Origin: Acidimicrobiia bacterium
GTDB taxonomy: Bacteria; Actinomycetota; Acidimicrobiia; IMCC26256; PALSA-555
DNA: 64,000 bases
NCBI GenBank assembly: GCA_040881685.1
Contig: JBBECS010000002.1
Coordinates: forward strand, 105,287-169,286
Direction of reading: 5' to 3'
Each line of letters starts with the position of its first letter. Within the stretch, counting starts at the first letter, position 1. The translations under genes and the position numbers were made by a program. The notes below the pieces were generated by a model. That model ran no database searches. It saw nothing but the letters and a program-made list of their open reading frames with translations, and was not told the DNA's origin. Below are positions 28,855 to 37,519 of the stretch, in pieces.

Positions 28855-31641
28855 TTGAAGATCGCCGCGGTCCTCGACACTCCGGCGGTTCGTCGCGCGT
28901 TCGAGCGGTCGGCGGACGCGTTGAGAGCGAGGGCGGCGCTCGAACGGATCATAGAAGCGCATCCAGCGATTGCCGACGGGCTCGTTGAGAGCACGGTCCT
29001 CCGTGACGGCCTGATCGCGATCGGATGTGCATCGCGCTCGTTGACCGCCGCGATCGTCAACGACGAGACGCTGCTCGATCCGCTGCGCGACGACGAGTCG
29101 ATGCGGGTGGAGCACGACGTTGCCGCGTTCGCGGCGTCGGTCACCGGCGTGCCCGAAGACTCGGATCCCAACCGCCGGCTCAGGCGCTGGAAGCGCCGCG
29201 AGTACCTGCGCATCGCGGTGCGCGACCTGCTCGGACTGGCAGACATGCCCGCGGTCGGTCGCGAGCTCGCGGCTTTGGCCGGGGTGTGCCTAGGCGTTGC
29301 ACTCGAGATCGCCACACCCTCGCAGCCATTCGCCGTGATCGGCATGGGCAAGCTCGGCGGCAGCGAGCTCAACTACGCCAGCGACGTGGACGTGCTCTTC
29401 GTGCACGACGGGGATGCGTCCGAAGCCGACCGTGTGGCGCGCGCAATGCTCGCGGCGATGACGACGCCGACGCCCGACGGCATCGTGTTCCGCACCGACG
29501 CCGACCTCAGGCCCGAAGGTCGAGCGGGCGCGCTGTCCCGAAACCTCGAGGGCTACAAGACGTGGTACGAGCGTTGGGCGCGACCTTGGGAGTTCCAAGC
29601 ACTGATCAAGGCGCGCCCGGTTGCGGGCGACGCGGACCTGGGTGACCGGATGCTCGAAATGGTCCAGCCGTTCGTGTGGCCGGAGATCCTCGATCCCGAC
29701 GCGATCCGTGAAGCCCGATCGATGAAGGCGCGCGCCGAGGCCGAACTCCGACGAAAGGGTCTGGGCGAACGCGAGCTCAAGCGCGGCCCGGGCGGCATCC
29801 GCGACATCGAGTTCGCCGTGCAGCTCCTCCAGCGCGTTCATGGCCGACACGACACGTCGATTCGGTCGGCAACCACCCTCGACGCGCTCGCGCAGCTCGC
29901 GAACGCTGGATATGTAGAGAGTGCGGACTCGCGACGACTGAGCGATGCGTATCGATTCCTCCGGACCGTCGAGCACCGGCTCCAACTGTGGGACGAGCAG
30001 CAGACGCACACCCTGCCCGTCGACCAGACCAGCCGAGCGCGACTCGCACGAGTGCTCGGCTATCGCGACACGCCGCGTACGACCGCACTCGAGCTGTTCG
30101 AGATCGAGCACACGGAACAGCAGACCGCCGTGCGTTCGATCCACGAGCGGCTGTTCTTCGCGCCGATCCTCGACGCACTCGCCGGCGCGGGGTCGCTTCC
30201 ACCGGAGGCAGTGGAGGAACGACTGGCCGCGTTCGGGTTCGCCGATGCCGACCATACCCGCGCGGCCCTCAGCGAGCTCACGCGCGGGCTCACGCGCCGG
30301 TCGCGGGTGATGCAGCAGCTCTTGCCGGTGGTGCTCGACTGGCTCTCCGACACCCCGGATCCGGATCTCGGCTTGCTCCAGCTGCGCCGCCTGGCCGAAG
30401 GCACGACCCGCGCGACCGCGCTCGCAGCGACGTTTCGCGAGAACCCTGGAGCCGCCGCCCGCGTGTGCCGAATCCTCGGCTCGAGCCGCCTGATCGGCGA
30501 CGCGCTCCTGCGTCAGCCGGAAGTCGTAGAGCTGCTGGGTGACGACGACTGGTTGGGTCGATCGCACGAACCGCAGGAGCTGATCGACGCCGCGCTCGAG
30601 ACACTCCGCTGGCGCGCCGACACCGACGCGCGCCGCGCCGGCCTGCGCCGCTTCAAGCGCAGGGAGCTGCTCCGGGTTGCCGCCCGCGATCTCGTGGGCC
30701 TCGCGTCCATCGCGACCACCGCACGAGAGCTGGCCGACCTGGCCGACGCGTGCGTCGAAGCGGCAGTACGAGCGCTCGAACCCGCCGTGCCGTTCGCCGT
30801 GATCGGGATGGGTCGACTCGGAGGTCGCGAGCTGTCATATGCCTCCGACATCGATGTGGTGTTCGTGTACGACGGAACGAGCCCGGCTGACTTCGCGGCC
30901 GCGGAGGCCACCGCAACCGCATTGATGACCGAGATCGGCGCGACCACTGCCGAGGGCCAAACGTTTCGCATCGACGCCAATCTGCGTCCCGAGGGAAAGC
31001 AAGGACCGCTGGCGCGGTCACTCGACGGGTACCGCCAGTACTACGAACGGTGGGCGCTCACCTGGGAGCTCCAGTCCTTGCTGCGCGCCCGCCCGGTGGC
31101 GGGCGACCGCGATGTCGCGGCGCGGTTCCTGGAGCTGGTCGAGCCGTTCGTGTACCGCGATCCGTTCCCGCGCGACGCCGCGCGCGAGGTTCGGCGCATC
31201 AAGGCGCGCATCGAGCGAGAGCGCATCCCCCCCGGCGAGGACCCCGAGTTCCATCTCAAGCTCGGTCGCGGCGCGCTGACCGATGTCGAGTTCACCGTCC
31301 AGCTGCTCCAGCTCGAGCACGGTGCACGGCATCCCGAGGTGCGCGAACCCGCGACCATGGAAGCGCTGCTCCGTCTCCGTGATGCCGGCGTGCTCGACGC
31401 CGAGAGCGCGACGGTTCTCGGCGACGCGTATCGGTTCTGCGAGCGCGCTCGGAACGCTCGCTACCTCGTGACCGGCCAGCCCGGCGACGCGCTCCCCACC
31501 GGCCCGCCCGCGGGCCGGATCGCGCGGCTGCTCGGCTATGGACACCGCCCCGAGACGGAGCTGCGAGAGGACTACCGGCGCGTGACCCGGCGAGCCCGCC
31601 GGGTGGTCGAACGGATCTTCTACGGCGGTGACCCCCGCTGA
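28855..31641 (+). CDS. glnE: Bifunctional glutamine synthetase adenylyltransferase/adenylyl-removing enzyme
   Basis: 928 aa with duplicated nucleotidyltransferase halves (FAVIGMGKLGGSELNYASDVDVLFV and FAVIGMGRLGGRELSYASDIDVVFV). TTG start at 28855. Confidence 0.95.
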   Translation: MKIAAVLDTPAVRRAFERSADALRARAALERIIEAHPAIADGLVESTVLRDGLIAIGCASRSLTAAIVNDETLLDPLRDDESMRVEHDVAAFAASVTGVPEDSDPNRRLRRWKRREYLRIAVRDLLGLADMPAVGRELAALAGVCLGVALEIATPSQPFAVIGMGKLGGSELNYASDVDVLFVHDGDASEADRVARAMLAAMTTPTPDGIVFRTDADLRPEGRAGALSRNLEGYKTWYERWARPWEFQALIKARPVAGDADLGDRMLEMVQPFVWPEILDPDAIREARSMKARAEAELRRKGLGERELKRGPGGIRDIEFAVQLLQRVHGRHDTSIRSATTLDALAQLANAGYVESADSRRLSDAYRFLRTVEHRLQLWDEQQTHTLPVDQTSRARLARVLGYRDTPRTTALELFEIEHTEQQTAVRSIHERLFFAPILDALAGAGSLPPEAVEERLAAFGFADADHTRAALSELTRGLTRRSRVMQQLLPVVLDWLSDTPDPDLGLLQLRRLAEGTTRATALAATFRENPGAAARVCRILGSSRLIGDALLRQPEVVELLGDDDWLGRSHEPQELIDAALETLRWRADTDARRAGLRRFKRRELLRVAARDLVGLASIATTARELADLADACVEAAVRALEPAVPFAVIGMGRLGGRELSYASDIDVVFVYDGTSPADFAAAEATATALMTEIGATTAEGQTFRIDANLRPEGKQGPLARSLDGYRQYYERWALTWELQSLLRARPVAGDRDVAARFLELVEPFVYRDPFPRDAAREVRRIKARIERERIPPGEDPEFHLKLGRGALTDVEFTVQLLQLEHGARHPEVREPATMEALLRLRDAGVLDAESATVLGDAYRFCERARNARYLVTGQPGDALPTGPPAGRIARLLGYGHRPETELREDYRRVTRRARRVVERIFYGGDPR

Positions 31642-31733
31642 TATTGGGGTCCATGTGGGCCGCTGTGACCCTTGTGGCGGGTGGGGTCACCCTCCTAAGG
31701 TGAGGGCCCGCCTCGACCGAAGCCCCTCACACG

Positions 31734-32870
31734 ATGCACACTCGCCGCGCCTTCGCGCTCCTCGTCATCGCCGTGCTCGTGCTGGGCGCCTGCCGCCGTC
31801 TCGCACCGGCACCGCCACCCCTGCCAACGGCACCGGTCGGCGTCGCGGCCAACCCGATCTCGATCGACCTCGACCCGGATCCGGCTGTCGCCAACCTGCA
31901 ACAGCGCGATGCACCTGACCCGTTCGTGTTCAGCGTCGACCCGGCATGGTGTGACACCGGCGCCGGAACGCCGCCCGCGTGCTTCTACGCGTACTCGACG
32001 CAGGTCAAGTTCAACCTCACGCCGGTGTACCGATCGACCGATCTCGTCGATTGGCAGCTCGGTGGCTACGACAGCCCGGACGACGCCGACGCGCTGCCCA
32101 ACGGCGCGGCGCGCAGCGGAATCGCGTCATGGGCCGAGTTCATCGGGCACTGGGCGCCGTCTGTCCTTGAGCGGCCGAGCAACCCGACCGGTCGATTCGT
32201 GATGTGGTACTCGGCGGTGTCGAACGTCGCGCCAACGGCCGGCTATCACTGCCTCGGCGTCGCGGTCGCTGATTCTCCCGGCGGGCCGTTCATCGACGAC
32301 TCGACGGCACCGGCGTACTGCCAGACGAACCAAGGTGGTTCGATCGACCCGAGCTTCTTCGTCGACAGTGACGGCACGGCGTACCTCCAGTACAAGACTG
32401 AAGGTCGCGGCTCCGCACCCGTGGTGCCGACACGCATCTGGACCTCGAAGCTCGCGCCCGACGGTCGCAGCGTGGTGGCCGGCAGCGAGCGGCTGCTCCT
32501 CGAGGTGGATCGGGCGGCCGGAAGCTGGGAGAACCCGATCGTGGAGGGCCCGTCGCTGGCGCGGACGCCAGCCGGCCTCTTCCTCTTCTATTCGGCCTAC
32601 CACTGGGAGACGAACGGCTACAAGGTCGGCGTCGCGCGCTGCGACTCGGTTGTGGGTCCGTGTCGACGCGTCTATCGCACCCCGGTCCTCGCGTCGCGCT
32701 CGAAGATGTGGGGACCAGGCGGCCAGAGCCTCTTCGCCGACGCCGCAGGGAACTGGTACTTGGCGTTCCATGCCTGGGCCGCTCCGACGGTTGGCTACGG
32801 CAACGGCGGCATGAGGACCCTTCGGATCCTGCCGTTGTCGTTTGCGACGGGGGCGCCCGCGGTGGGCTGA
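31734..32870 (+). CDS. Secreted lipoprotein, glycoside hydrolase family 43-like
   Basis: Lipobox LVLGAC. Motifs APDPFVF, HWAPSV, GGSIDPSFFVDSDGTAYLQYK, EGPSL. Confidence 0.75.
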   Translation: MHTRRAFALLVIAVLVLGACRRLAPAPPPLPTAPVGVAANPISIDLDPDPAVANLQQRDAPDPFVFSVDPAWCDTGAGTPPACFYAYSTQVKFNLTPVYRSTDLVDWQLGGYDSPDDADALPNGAARSGIASWAEFIGHWAPSVLERPSNPTGRFVMWYSAVSNVAPTAGYHCLGVAVADSPGGPFIDDSTAPAYCQTNQGGSIDPSFFVDSDGTAYLQYKTEGRGSAPVVPTRIWTSKLAPDGRSVVAGSERLLLEVDRAAGSWENPIVEGPSLARTPAGLFLFYSAYHWETNGYKVGVARCDSVVGPCRRVYRTPVLASRSKMWGPGGQSLFADAAGNWYLAFHAWAAPTVGYGNGGMRTLRILPLSFATGAPAVG

Positions 32871-32898
32871 GCCCGAGCCGTACGCTGGCGGCCTTCCG

Positions 32899-33447
32899 AT
32901 GGAGGTCACCGTGCTTCGTGGTTCCTCAGTGCGTGCCTTGGCCGCGCTCACCGCGTTGGTGCTCGCGTTGCCAGCCTTCGCGACTCCGGCCGGCGCCGCC
33001 AAGGGCACACTCGACGACCCCTGCACGTACGTGACCACCGGCAAGATCGCCAAGGTCTACGGGGCGGATGTGAGCGAGCCCAAGCTGAACCTGCCCTATC
33101 TCTTGTGCGACTTCGTCGTGGGTGACAACCCGGCCGCGCCGTTGGGCACCGTGCGGGTCGTCCAGCTCTTCCCGCACTTCGCGCAGACGACCACCAACGC
33201 GAAGGCGGCATTCCAGGATCAGCACGCGTTCGACGTCGTGAGCGAGTTCGCGCTCGCCGACGTGTTCAAGGTGGGACGTCAGGCCTACGTGAACCTCGAC
33301 ACCGGCTCACTCGTGGTCCAGGCAACCAAGCAGTTCATGTTCAGTGTCGAGTGGCGCCCCCCCGAAGAGGAAACGCCACTACCAAGAGCAGACCAAAAGC
33401 GCTTAGAAAAGCTGGCAAGGCAAATCGTCCAACGCGCCCCCCAATAA
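32899..33447 (+). CDS. Secreted hypothetical protein
   Basis: MEVTVLRGSSVRALAALTALVLALPAFATPAGA signal peptide. The last ~30 codons use rare A-ending codons and a TAA stop. Confidence 0.6.
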   Translation: MEVTVLRGSSVRALAALTALVLALPAFATPAGAAKGTLDDPCTYVTTGKIAKVYGADVSEPKLNLPYLLCDFVVGDNPAAPLGTVRVVQLFPHFAQTTTNAKAAFQDQHAFDVVSEFALADVFKVGRQAYVNLDTGSLVVQATKQFMFSVEWRPPEEETPLPRADQKRLEKLARQIVQRAPQ

Positions 33448-33488
33448 GCGCTTGCTCTCTTCGCCGATCGCGGACCATTGGGCTCGCC

Positions 33489-33511
33489 GAGGGGTGGCTT
33501 TGCCGCCCCTC
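33489..33511. terminator. GC-rich hairpin downstream of the secreted-protein gene
   Basis: GAGGGGTGGC-TTT-GCCGCCCCTC (one G-T wobble pair). Confidence 0.4.
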
Positions 33512-33551
33512 AACCACCGAGCCACGACCCAGCTGGACGCCGGGAGGGGCA

Positions 33552-33578
33552 CACGGGGAGAGGCCTGCCCTCCCCGTG
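33552..33578. terminator. Hairpin immediately downstream of the glnA stop
   Basis: CACGGGGAG-aggcctgcc-CTCCCCGTG, a perfect 9-bp stem 2 nt from the glnA stop (33581). Confidence 0.55.
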
Positions 33579-33580
33579 AA

Positions 33581-35017
33581 TCAAATGTCGTAGTACATGT
33601 AGAACTCCCAGGGGTGGGGGCGTAGACGCACCGCGTCGATCTCGTTGATGCGCTTGTACTCGACCCACGTCTCGATGACGTCGGGTGTGAACACCCCACC
33701 CGCGAGCAGGTAGTCGTGGTCGGCCTCGAGCGCCGCGAGTGACTGGTCGAGCGAGCCCGGCACCTGTGGCACCTTCGCCAGCTCCTCCGGCGGGAGGTCG
33801 TACAGGTCACGGTCCACCGGGTCGGGTGGCTCGGTCTTGTTCTGGATGCCGTCGAGCCCGGCCATGACCAGCGCCGCGAACGCGAGGTACGGGTTCGCCG
33901 ACGGGTCCGGGCACCGGAACTCGAGCCGCTTGGCCTTCGGGCTCTTCGAGTACAGCGGGATGCGCACTGCCGCGGAGCGGTTGCGCTGCGAGTACACGAG
34001 GTTCACCGGCGCCTCGTAGCCCGGCACCAGACGCTTGTACGAGTTCGTCGTCGGCGCGCAGAACGCGAGCAGCGACGGCGCATGCTTGAGCAGCCCTCCG
34101 ATGTACCAACGGCACAGGTCGGAGATGCCGCCGTAGTTCTTCTCGTCGAAGAAGAGCGGCTCGCCGCCCTTCCACAGCGACTGGTGCACGTGCATGCCCG
34201 AGCCATTGTCCTGGAAGAGAGGCTTGGGCATGAACGTCACCGACTTGCCGCGGTGCCACGCGACGTTCTTGATCACGTACTTGTAGAGCATGAGCTTGTC
34301 GGCCATGCGCAGCAGCGTGTCGAAGCGCATGTCGATCTCGGCCTGACCCGCGGTGCCGACCTCGTGGTGCTGGACCTCGGAGTCGATGCCGAGCCGCTCG
34401 AGCGTGAGGATCATCTCGGAGCGGAGGTCCTGGTACGAGTCCATCGGCGGGACGGGGAAGTACCCCTCCTTGTACCGCGGCTTGTACCCGAGATTGGGTG
34501 AGCCGTCGAGCTCGGTGGCGCGTCCGGAGTTCCACACGCCCTCGGACGAGTCGAGGAAGTAGTACCCGGAGTGCTGGTTCTGGTCGTAGCGGGCTTCGTC
34601 GAAGATGTAGAACTCCGCCTCGGGACCGAAGTACGAGGTGTCGGCGATGCCGGTGCCCTTGACGTAGTCCTCGGCCTTCTTCGCGATGTACCGCGGGTCG
34701 CGCGTGTACGCCTCGCCCGTCACCGGATCCTGTACGAAGCAGTTGATGTTGAGCGTGGTGTGCTCGCGGAACGGGTCGAGGATCGCGGTGTTCGGGTCGG
34801 GGATCAGGAGCATGTCGGACTCCTGGATCTCCTGGAAGCCACGGATCGACGATCCGTCGAAGCCGTAGCCCTCCCCGAACGCGTCCTCGGTCAGCTCGTG
34901 GATCGGCAGCGAGAAGTGCTGCATGATGCCGGGCAGGTCGCAGAAGCGAACGTCGACGATCTCCGCGCCGCTGTCCTTCGCCAGCGCCAGCACTTCCTTG
35001 GCGTTGCGGTCCTCCAC
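33581..35017 (-). CDS. glnA: Glutamine synthetase type I
   Basis: 478 aa with [36 protein letters not shown], and the adenylylation-region NLYDLPPEE-like [12 protein letters not shown] start. Confidence 0.97.
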   Translation of the reverse strand: MEDRNAKEVLALAKDSGAEIVDVRFCDLPGIMQHFSLPIHELTEDAFGEGYGFDGSSIRGFQEIQESDMLLIPDPNTAILDPFREHTTLNINCFVQDPVTGEAYTRDPRYIAKKAEDYVKGTGIADTSYFGPEAEFYIFDEARYDQNQHSGYYFLDSSEGVWNSGRATELDGSPNLGYKPRYKEGYFPVPPMDSYQDLRSEMILTLERLGIDSEVQHHEVGTAGQAEIDMRFDTLLRMADKLMLYKYVIKNVAWHRGKSVTFMPKPLFQDNGSGMHVHQSLWKGGEPLFFDEKNYGGISDLCRWYIGGLLKHAPSLLAFCAPTTNSYKRLVPGYEAPVNLVYSQRNRSAAVRIPLYSKSPKAKRLEFRCPDPSANPYLAFAALVMAGLDGIQNKTEPPDPVDRDLYDLPPEELAKVPQVPGSLDQSLAALEADHDYLLAGGVFTPDVIETWVEYKRINEIDAVRLRPHPWEFYMYYDI

Positions 35018-35039
35018 TGGTCGTCCTCTTTCGTTCCTG

Positions 35040-35113
35040 GTGAACTGGGCAACGGCGAGCCTGTCACATCAGGCGTTTCACTCCCGTTGCCCCACTGTGA
35101 ACGGCGTGTGAAC
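35040..35113. promoter_or_regulatory. Candidate operator cluster in the glnA/glnA2 divergent region
   Basis: GTGAAC at 35040, 35097 and 35108. GTCAC-n7-GTTTCAC at 35063-35081. 9-bp inverted repeat GGGCAACGG (35047-35055) / CCGTTGCCC (35084-35092). Confidence 0.35.
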
Positions 35114-35195
35114 TGGCCGAGGGAACGCCACGTCTACGGGTTTGGGCTTGGGTCGGTCACAACCTCACCTGTCAGACTTGTTCAAATGAGTGGCC

Positions 35196-35220
35196 GCGGC
35201 GGCGGGTACCCCGACGCCGC
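35196..35220 (+). promoter_or_regulatory. 5'-proximal hairpin GCGGCGGCGGG-TAC-CCCGACGCCGC, 12 nt upstream of the glnA2 start
   Basis: Same GGGTAYCCC-centred hairpin, in the same orientation relative to the downstream gene, as in the three intergenic repeat copies. Followed by AACGAGAGAGCA-ATG. Confidence 0.45.
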
Positions 35221-35232
35221 AACGAGAGAGCA

Positions 35233-36567
35233 ATGGAGCCGATGCAAGCGCAGACCGACTACGTGCTGAGGACGGTCGAGGAGCGCGGCGTGCGCTTCGT
35301 TCGGCTGTGGTTCACCGACGTCCTGGGGTTCTTGAAGAGCTTCGAGATCACCCCGGCCGAGATCGACGTCGCCCTCGAAGAGGGGATGACGTTCGACGGC
35401 TCGGCGATCGAGGGCTACAGCCGGGTTCAGGAGTCCGACATGCTCCTGATGCCGGACGCCGGCACCTTCGAGATCGTGCCGTGGCACGACGAGGAAGCCC
35501 CGACGGCACGGATCTTCTGCGACGTGCACCACGTATCGACCGAGCCCTTCGACGGCGACCCGCGCTTCGTGCTCAAGCGCAACCTCGAGCGCGCCCGTGA
35601 GCGCGGCTTCACGTTCTACGCGGGCCCCGAGATGGAGTTCTTTTACTTCCGCAGCTCGAGTGAGCCGGATCCACTCGACCACGCCGGGTTCTTCGACCTG
35701 ACCCAGATGGACACGGTGTCGAACCTGCGCAAGAACACGATCCTCGCCCTCGAGGCAATGGGCATCCCCGTCGAGTACAGCCACCACGAGCTCGGGCCCA
35801 GTCAGCACGAGATCGACCTGCGGTACACCGATGCTCTCGCCATGGCCGACAACGTGATGACGTTCCGGCACGTCGTGCGCAAGGTTGCGCAGGATCTCGG
35901 TGTGCACGCCACGTTCATGCCCAAGCCGATCGCGGGCGACTTCGGTTCGGGCATGCACACCCACCTCTCGCTCTTCGAGGGTGACGTGAACGCGTTCCAC
36001 GACCCGGGCGACGAGTACGGGCTCTCGAAGGTGGGCAAGTGCTTCATCGCCGGGCTGCTCACCCACGCCCGCGAGATCACCGCGGTCACCAACCAGTGGG
36101 TCAACTCGTACAAGCGCCTCAGTGTCCGGTACGAGGCTCCGGTGTACGTGTGCTGGGCGCGCAACAACCGTTCGGCGCTGGTGCGCGTGCCTGTCCACAA
36201 GAAGGGCAAGGAGAGCTCCACCCGCATCGAGTTCCGCTCTCCCGACCCCGCGTGCAACCCGTATCTGGCGTTCTCGGTGATCCTCGCCGCCGGCCTGAAG
36301 GGGGTCGAAGAGGGATACGACCTCGCGCCAGAGGCCACCAACAACATCTTCGAGCTCACACCCGAAGAGCGCGCCGCCGAAGGGATCACGGAGCTTCCCC
36401 AGTCGCTCGGCGAGGCGATCGACGTGATGGAGGAGTCCGAGCTCGTGGCCGAGGCGCTCGGTGAGCACCTCTTCGGCTACTTCATCCGCAACAAGCGTGA
36501 CGAGTGGGCCGAGTACCGCGCGCAGGTGACGCCGTGGGAGATCGAGCGATACCTGGGGTCACTGTGA
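35233..36567 (+). CDS. glnA2: Glutamine synthetase (GlnA2-type)
   Basis: 444 aa with FTDVLGFLKSF, GSGMHTHLSLF, NSYKRL, RVP..K.SSTRIEFRSPD. Confidence 0.93.
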   Translation: MEPMQAQTDYVLRTVEERGVRFVRLWFTDVLGFLKSFEITPAEIDVALEEGMTFDGSAIEGYSRVQESDMLLMPDAGTFEIVPWHDEEAPTARIFCDVHHVSTEPFDGDPRFVLKRNLERARERGFTFYAGPEMEFFYFRSSSEPDPLDHAGFFDLTQMDTVSNLRKNTILALEAMGIPVEYSHHELGPSQHEIDLRYTDALAMADNVMTFRHVVRKVAQDLGVHATFMPKPIAGDFGSGMHTHLSLFEGDVNAFHDPGDEYGLSKVGKCFIAGLLTHAREITAVTNQWVNSYKRLSVRYEAPVYVCWARNNRSALVRVPVHKKGKESSTRIEFRSPDPACNPYLAFSVILAAGLKGVEEGYDLAPEATNNIFELTPEERAAEGITELPQSLGEAIDVMEESELVAEALGEHLFGYFIRNKRDEWAEYRAQVTPWEIERYLGSL

Positions 36568-36586
36568 GTGCAAAGGCGCGCCGAAC

Positions 36587-37279
36587 GTGACCTCCCAGCC
36601 GATCCTCGTCTACCCCGATCCGCCGGCACCGTTGCTTGCGCAGACGCTCGATCTCTCCGGACACACGTGGAAGGCCGTCGCGAACGCGTCGGTTGCCGCG
36701 AGCCAAGAGCCCGCCGACGGCTGGACGGGCGCGGTCGTGACCGCCGACGACGATCCCGAAGGTGCGTTCGCGATGTGCCGCGCGTTGCGCAAGCGTGACG
36801 GTGCGCTGGCGCCCGTGCTGCTCCTCGTGACCGGCGCGCAGCTGGGTGAGCTCGAGCTCCGCGAAGACCTCTTCGATGACTTCTGCCTGTCGCCCTTCCA
36901 CCCGAAGGAGCTCGAAGCGCGCTTGCGTCATCTGCTGTGGCGCACGGGCCGCGGCACGCACCCCGAGATCGTCGAGTACGGCGACTTGGCTTTGAACCTC
37001 GAGACGTATCAGGCGGCGCTGTCCGGCAAGCCGCTCGACCTCACGTTCATGGAGTACGAGCTGCTGAAGTTCTTCGCCACACACCCGCAGAAGGTGTTCA
37101 CACGCGAGCAGCTCCTGTCACGCGTGTGGGGCTACGAGTACTACGGCGGTGCGCGCACGGTGGACGTCCACGTGCGGCGGCTTCGCGCCAAGCTCGGCGA
37201 GGAGCACGCCAGCCTGATCCAGACCGTGCGCTCGGTGGGCTACCGGTTCGGACAGACACGCAGCCTCTCGACGGCTTGA
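36587..37279 (+). CDS. glnR: GlnR-like orphan OmpR-family regulator with a degenerate receiver
   Basis: The C-terminus LDLTFMEYELLKFFATHPQKVFTREQLLSRVWGYEYYGGARTVDVHVRRLRAKLGEEHASLIQTVRSVGYRF closely resembles Streptomyces GlnR as I recall it. The receiver lacks the N-terminal acidic pair and has SPF instead of KPF. Confidence 0.72.
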   Translation: MTSQPILVYPDPPAPLLAQTLDLSGHTWKAVANASVAASQEPADGWTGAVVTADDDPEGAFAMCRALRKRDGALAPVLLLVTGAQLGELELREDLFDDFCLSPFHPKELEARLRHLLWRTGRGTHPEIVEYGDLALNLETYQAALSGKPLDLTFMEYELLKFFATHPQKVFTREQLLSRVWGYEYYGGARTVDVHVRRLRAKLGEEHASLIQTVRSVGYRFGQTRSLSTA

Positions 37280-37283
37280 CGCG

Positions 37284-37430
37284 TCAGTCGGCGTCGGTCT
37301 GCACGTCGGCGGCCTCGTCGGGCGCTGACGCCAGCTCCCCGAACACGGTGCTCCACGCCGCGCCAGCGAACATCACACCCACGGGAACGGCGATCACCAT
37401 CGCCAGCACGAACACGATCCCACCGACCAC
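37284..37430 (-). CDS. Possible 48-aa single-TM protein
   Basis: VVGGIVFVLAMVIAVPVGVMFAGAAWSTVFGELASAPDEAADVQTDAD from GTG 37430. High GC3, no clear RBS, and below the track cutoff. Confidence 0.3.
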   Translation of the reverse strand: MVGGIVFVLAMVIAVPVGVMFAGAAWSTVFGELASAPDEAADVQTDAD

Positions 37431-37519
37431 GCCTCGAGGCTACCGCCGGGCACTTGCGGGACGGCACCCGCGACGGGCAGGGTCCCCATCTCGGCGTCGA
37501 CCGAGAAAAGGGGGATGGA

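Noticed and set aside
31642-31733. Two 7-bp hairpins after glnE (GTGACCC..GGGTCAC and GTGAGGG..CCCTCAC), considered as an attenuator
   Set aside because: The stems are short, several alternative pairings are possible, and there is no associated leader peptide. Most simply these are weak terminators.
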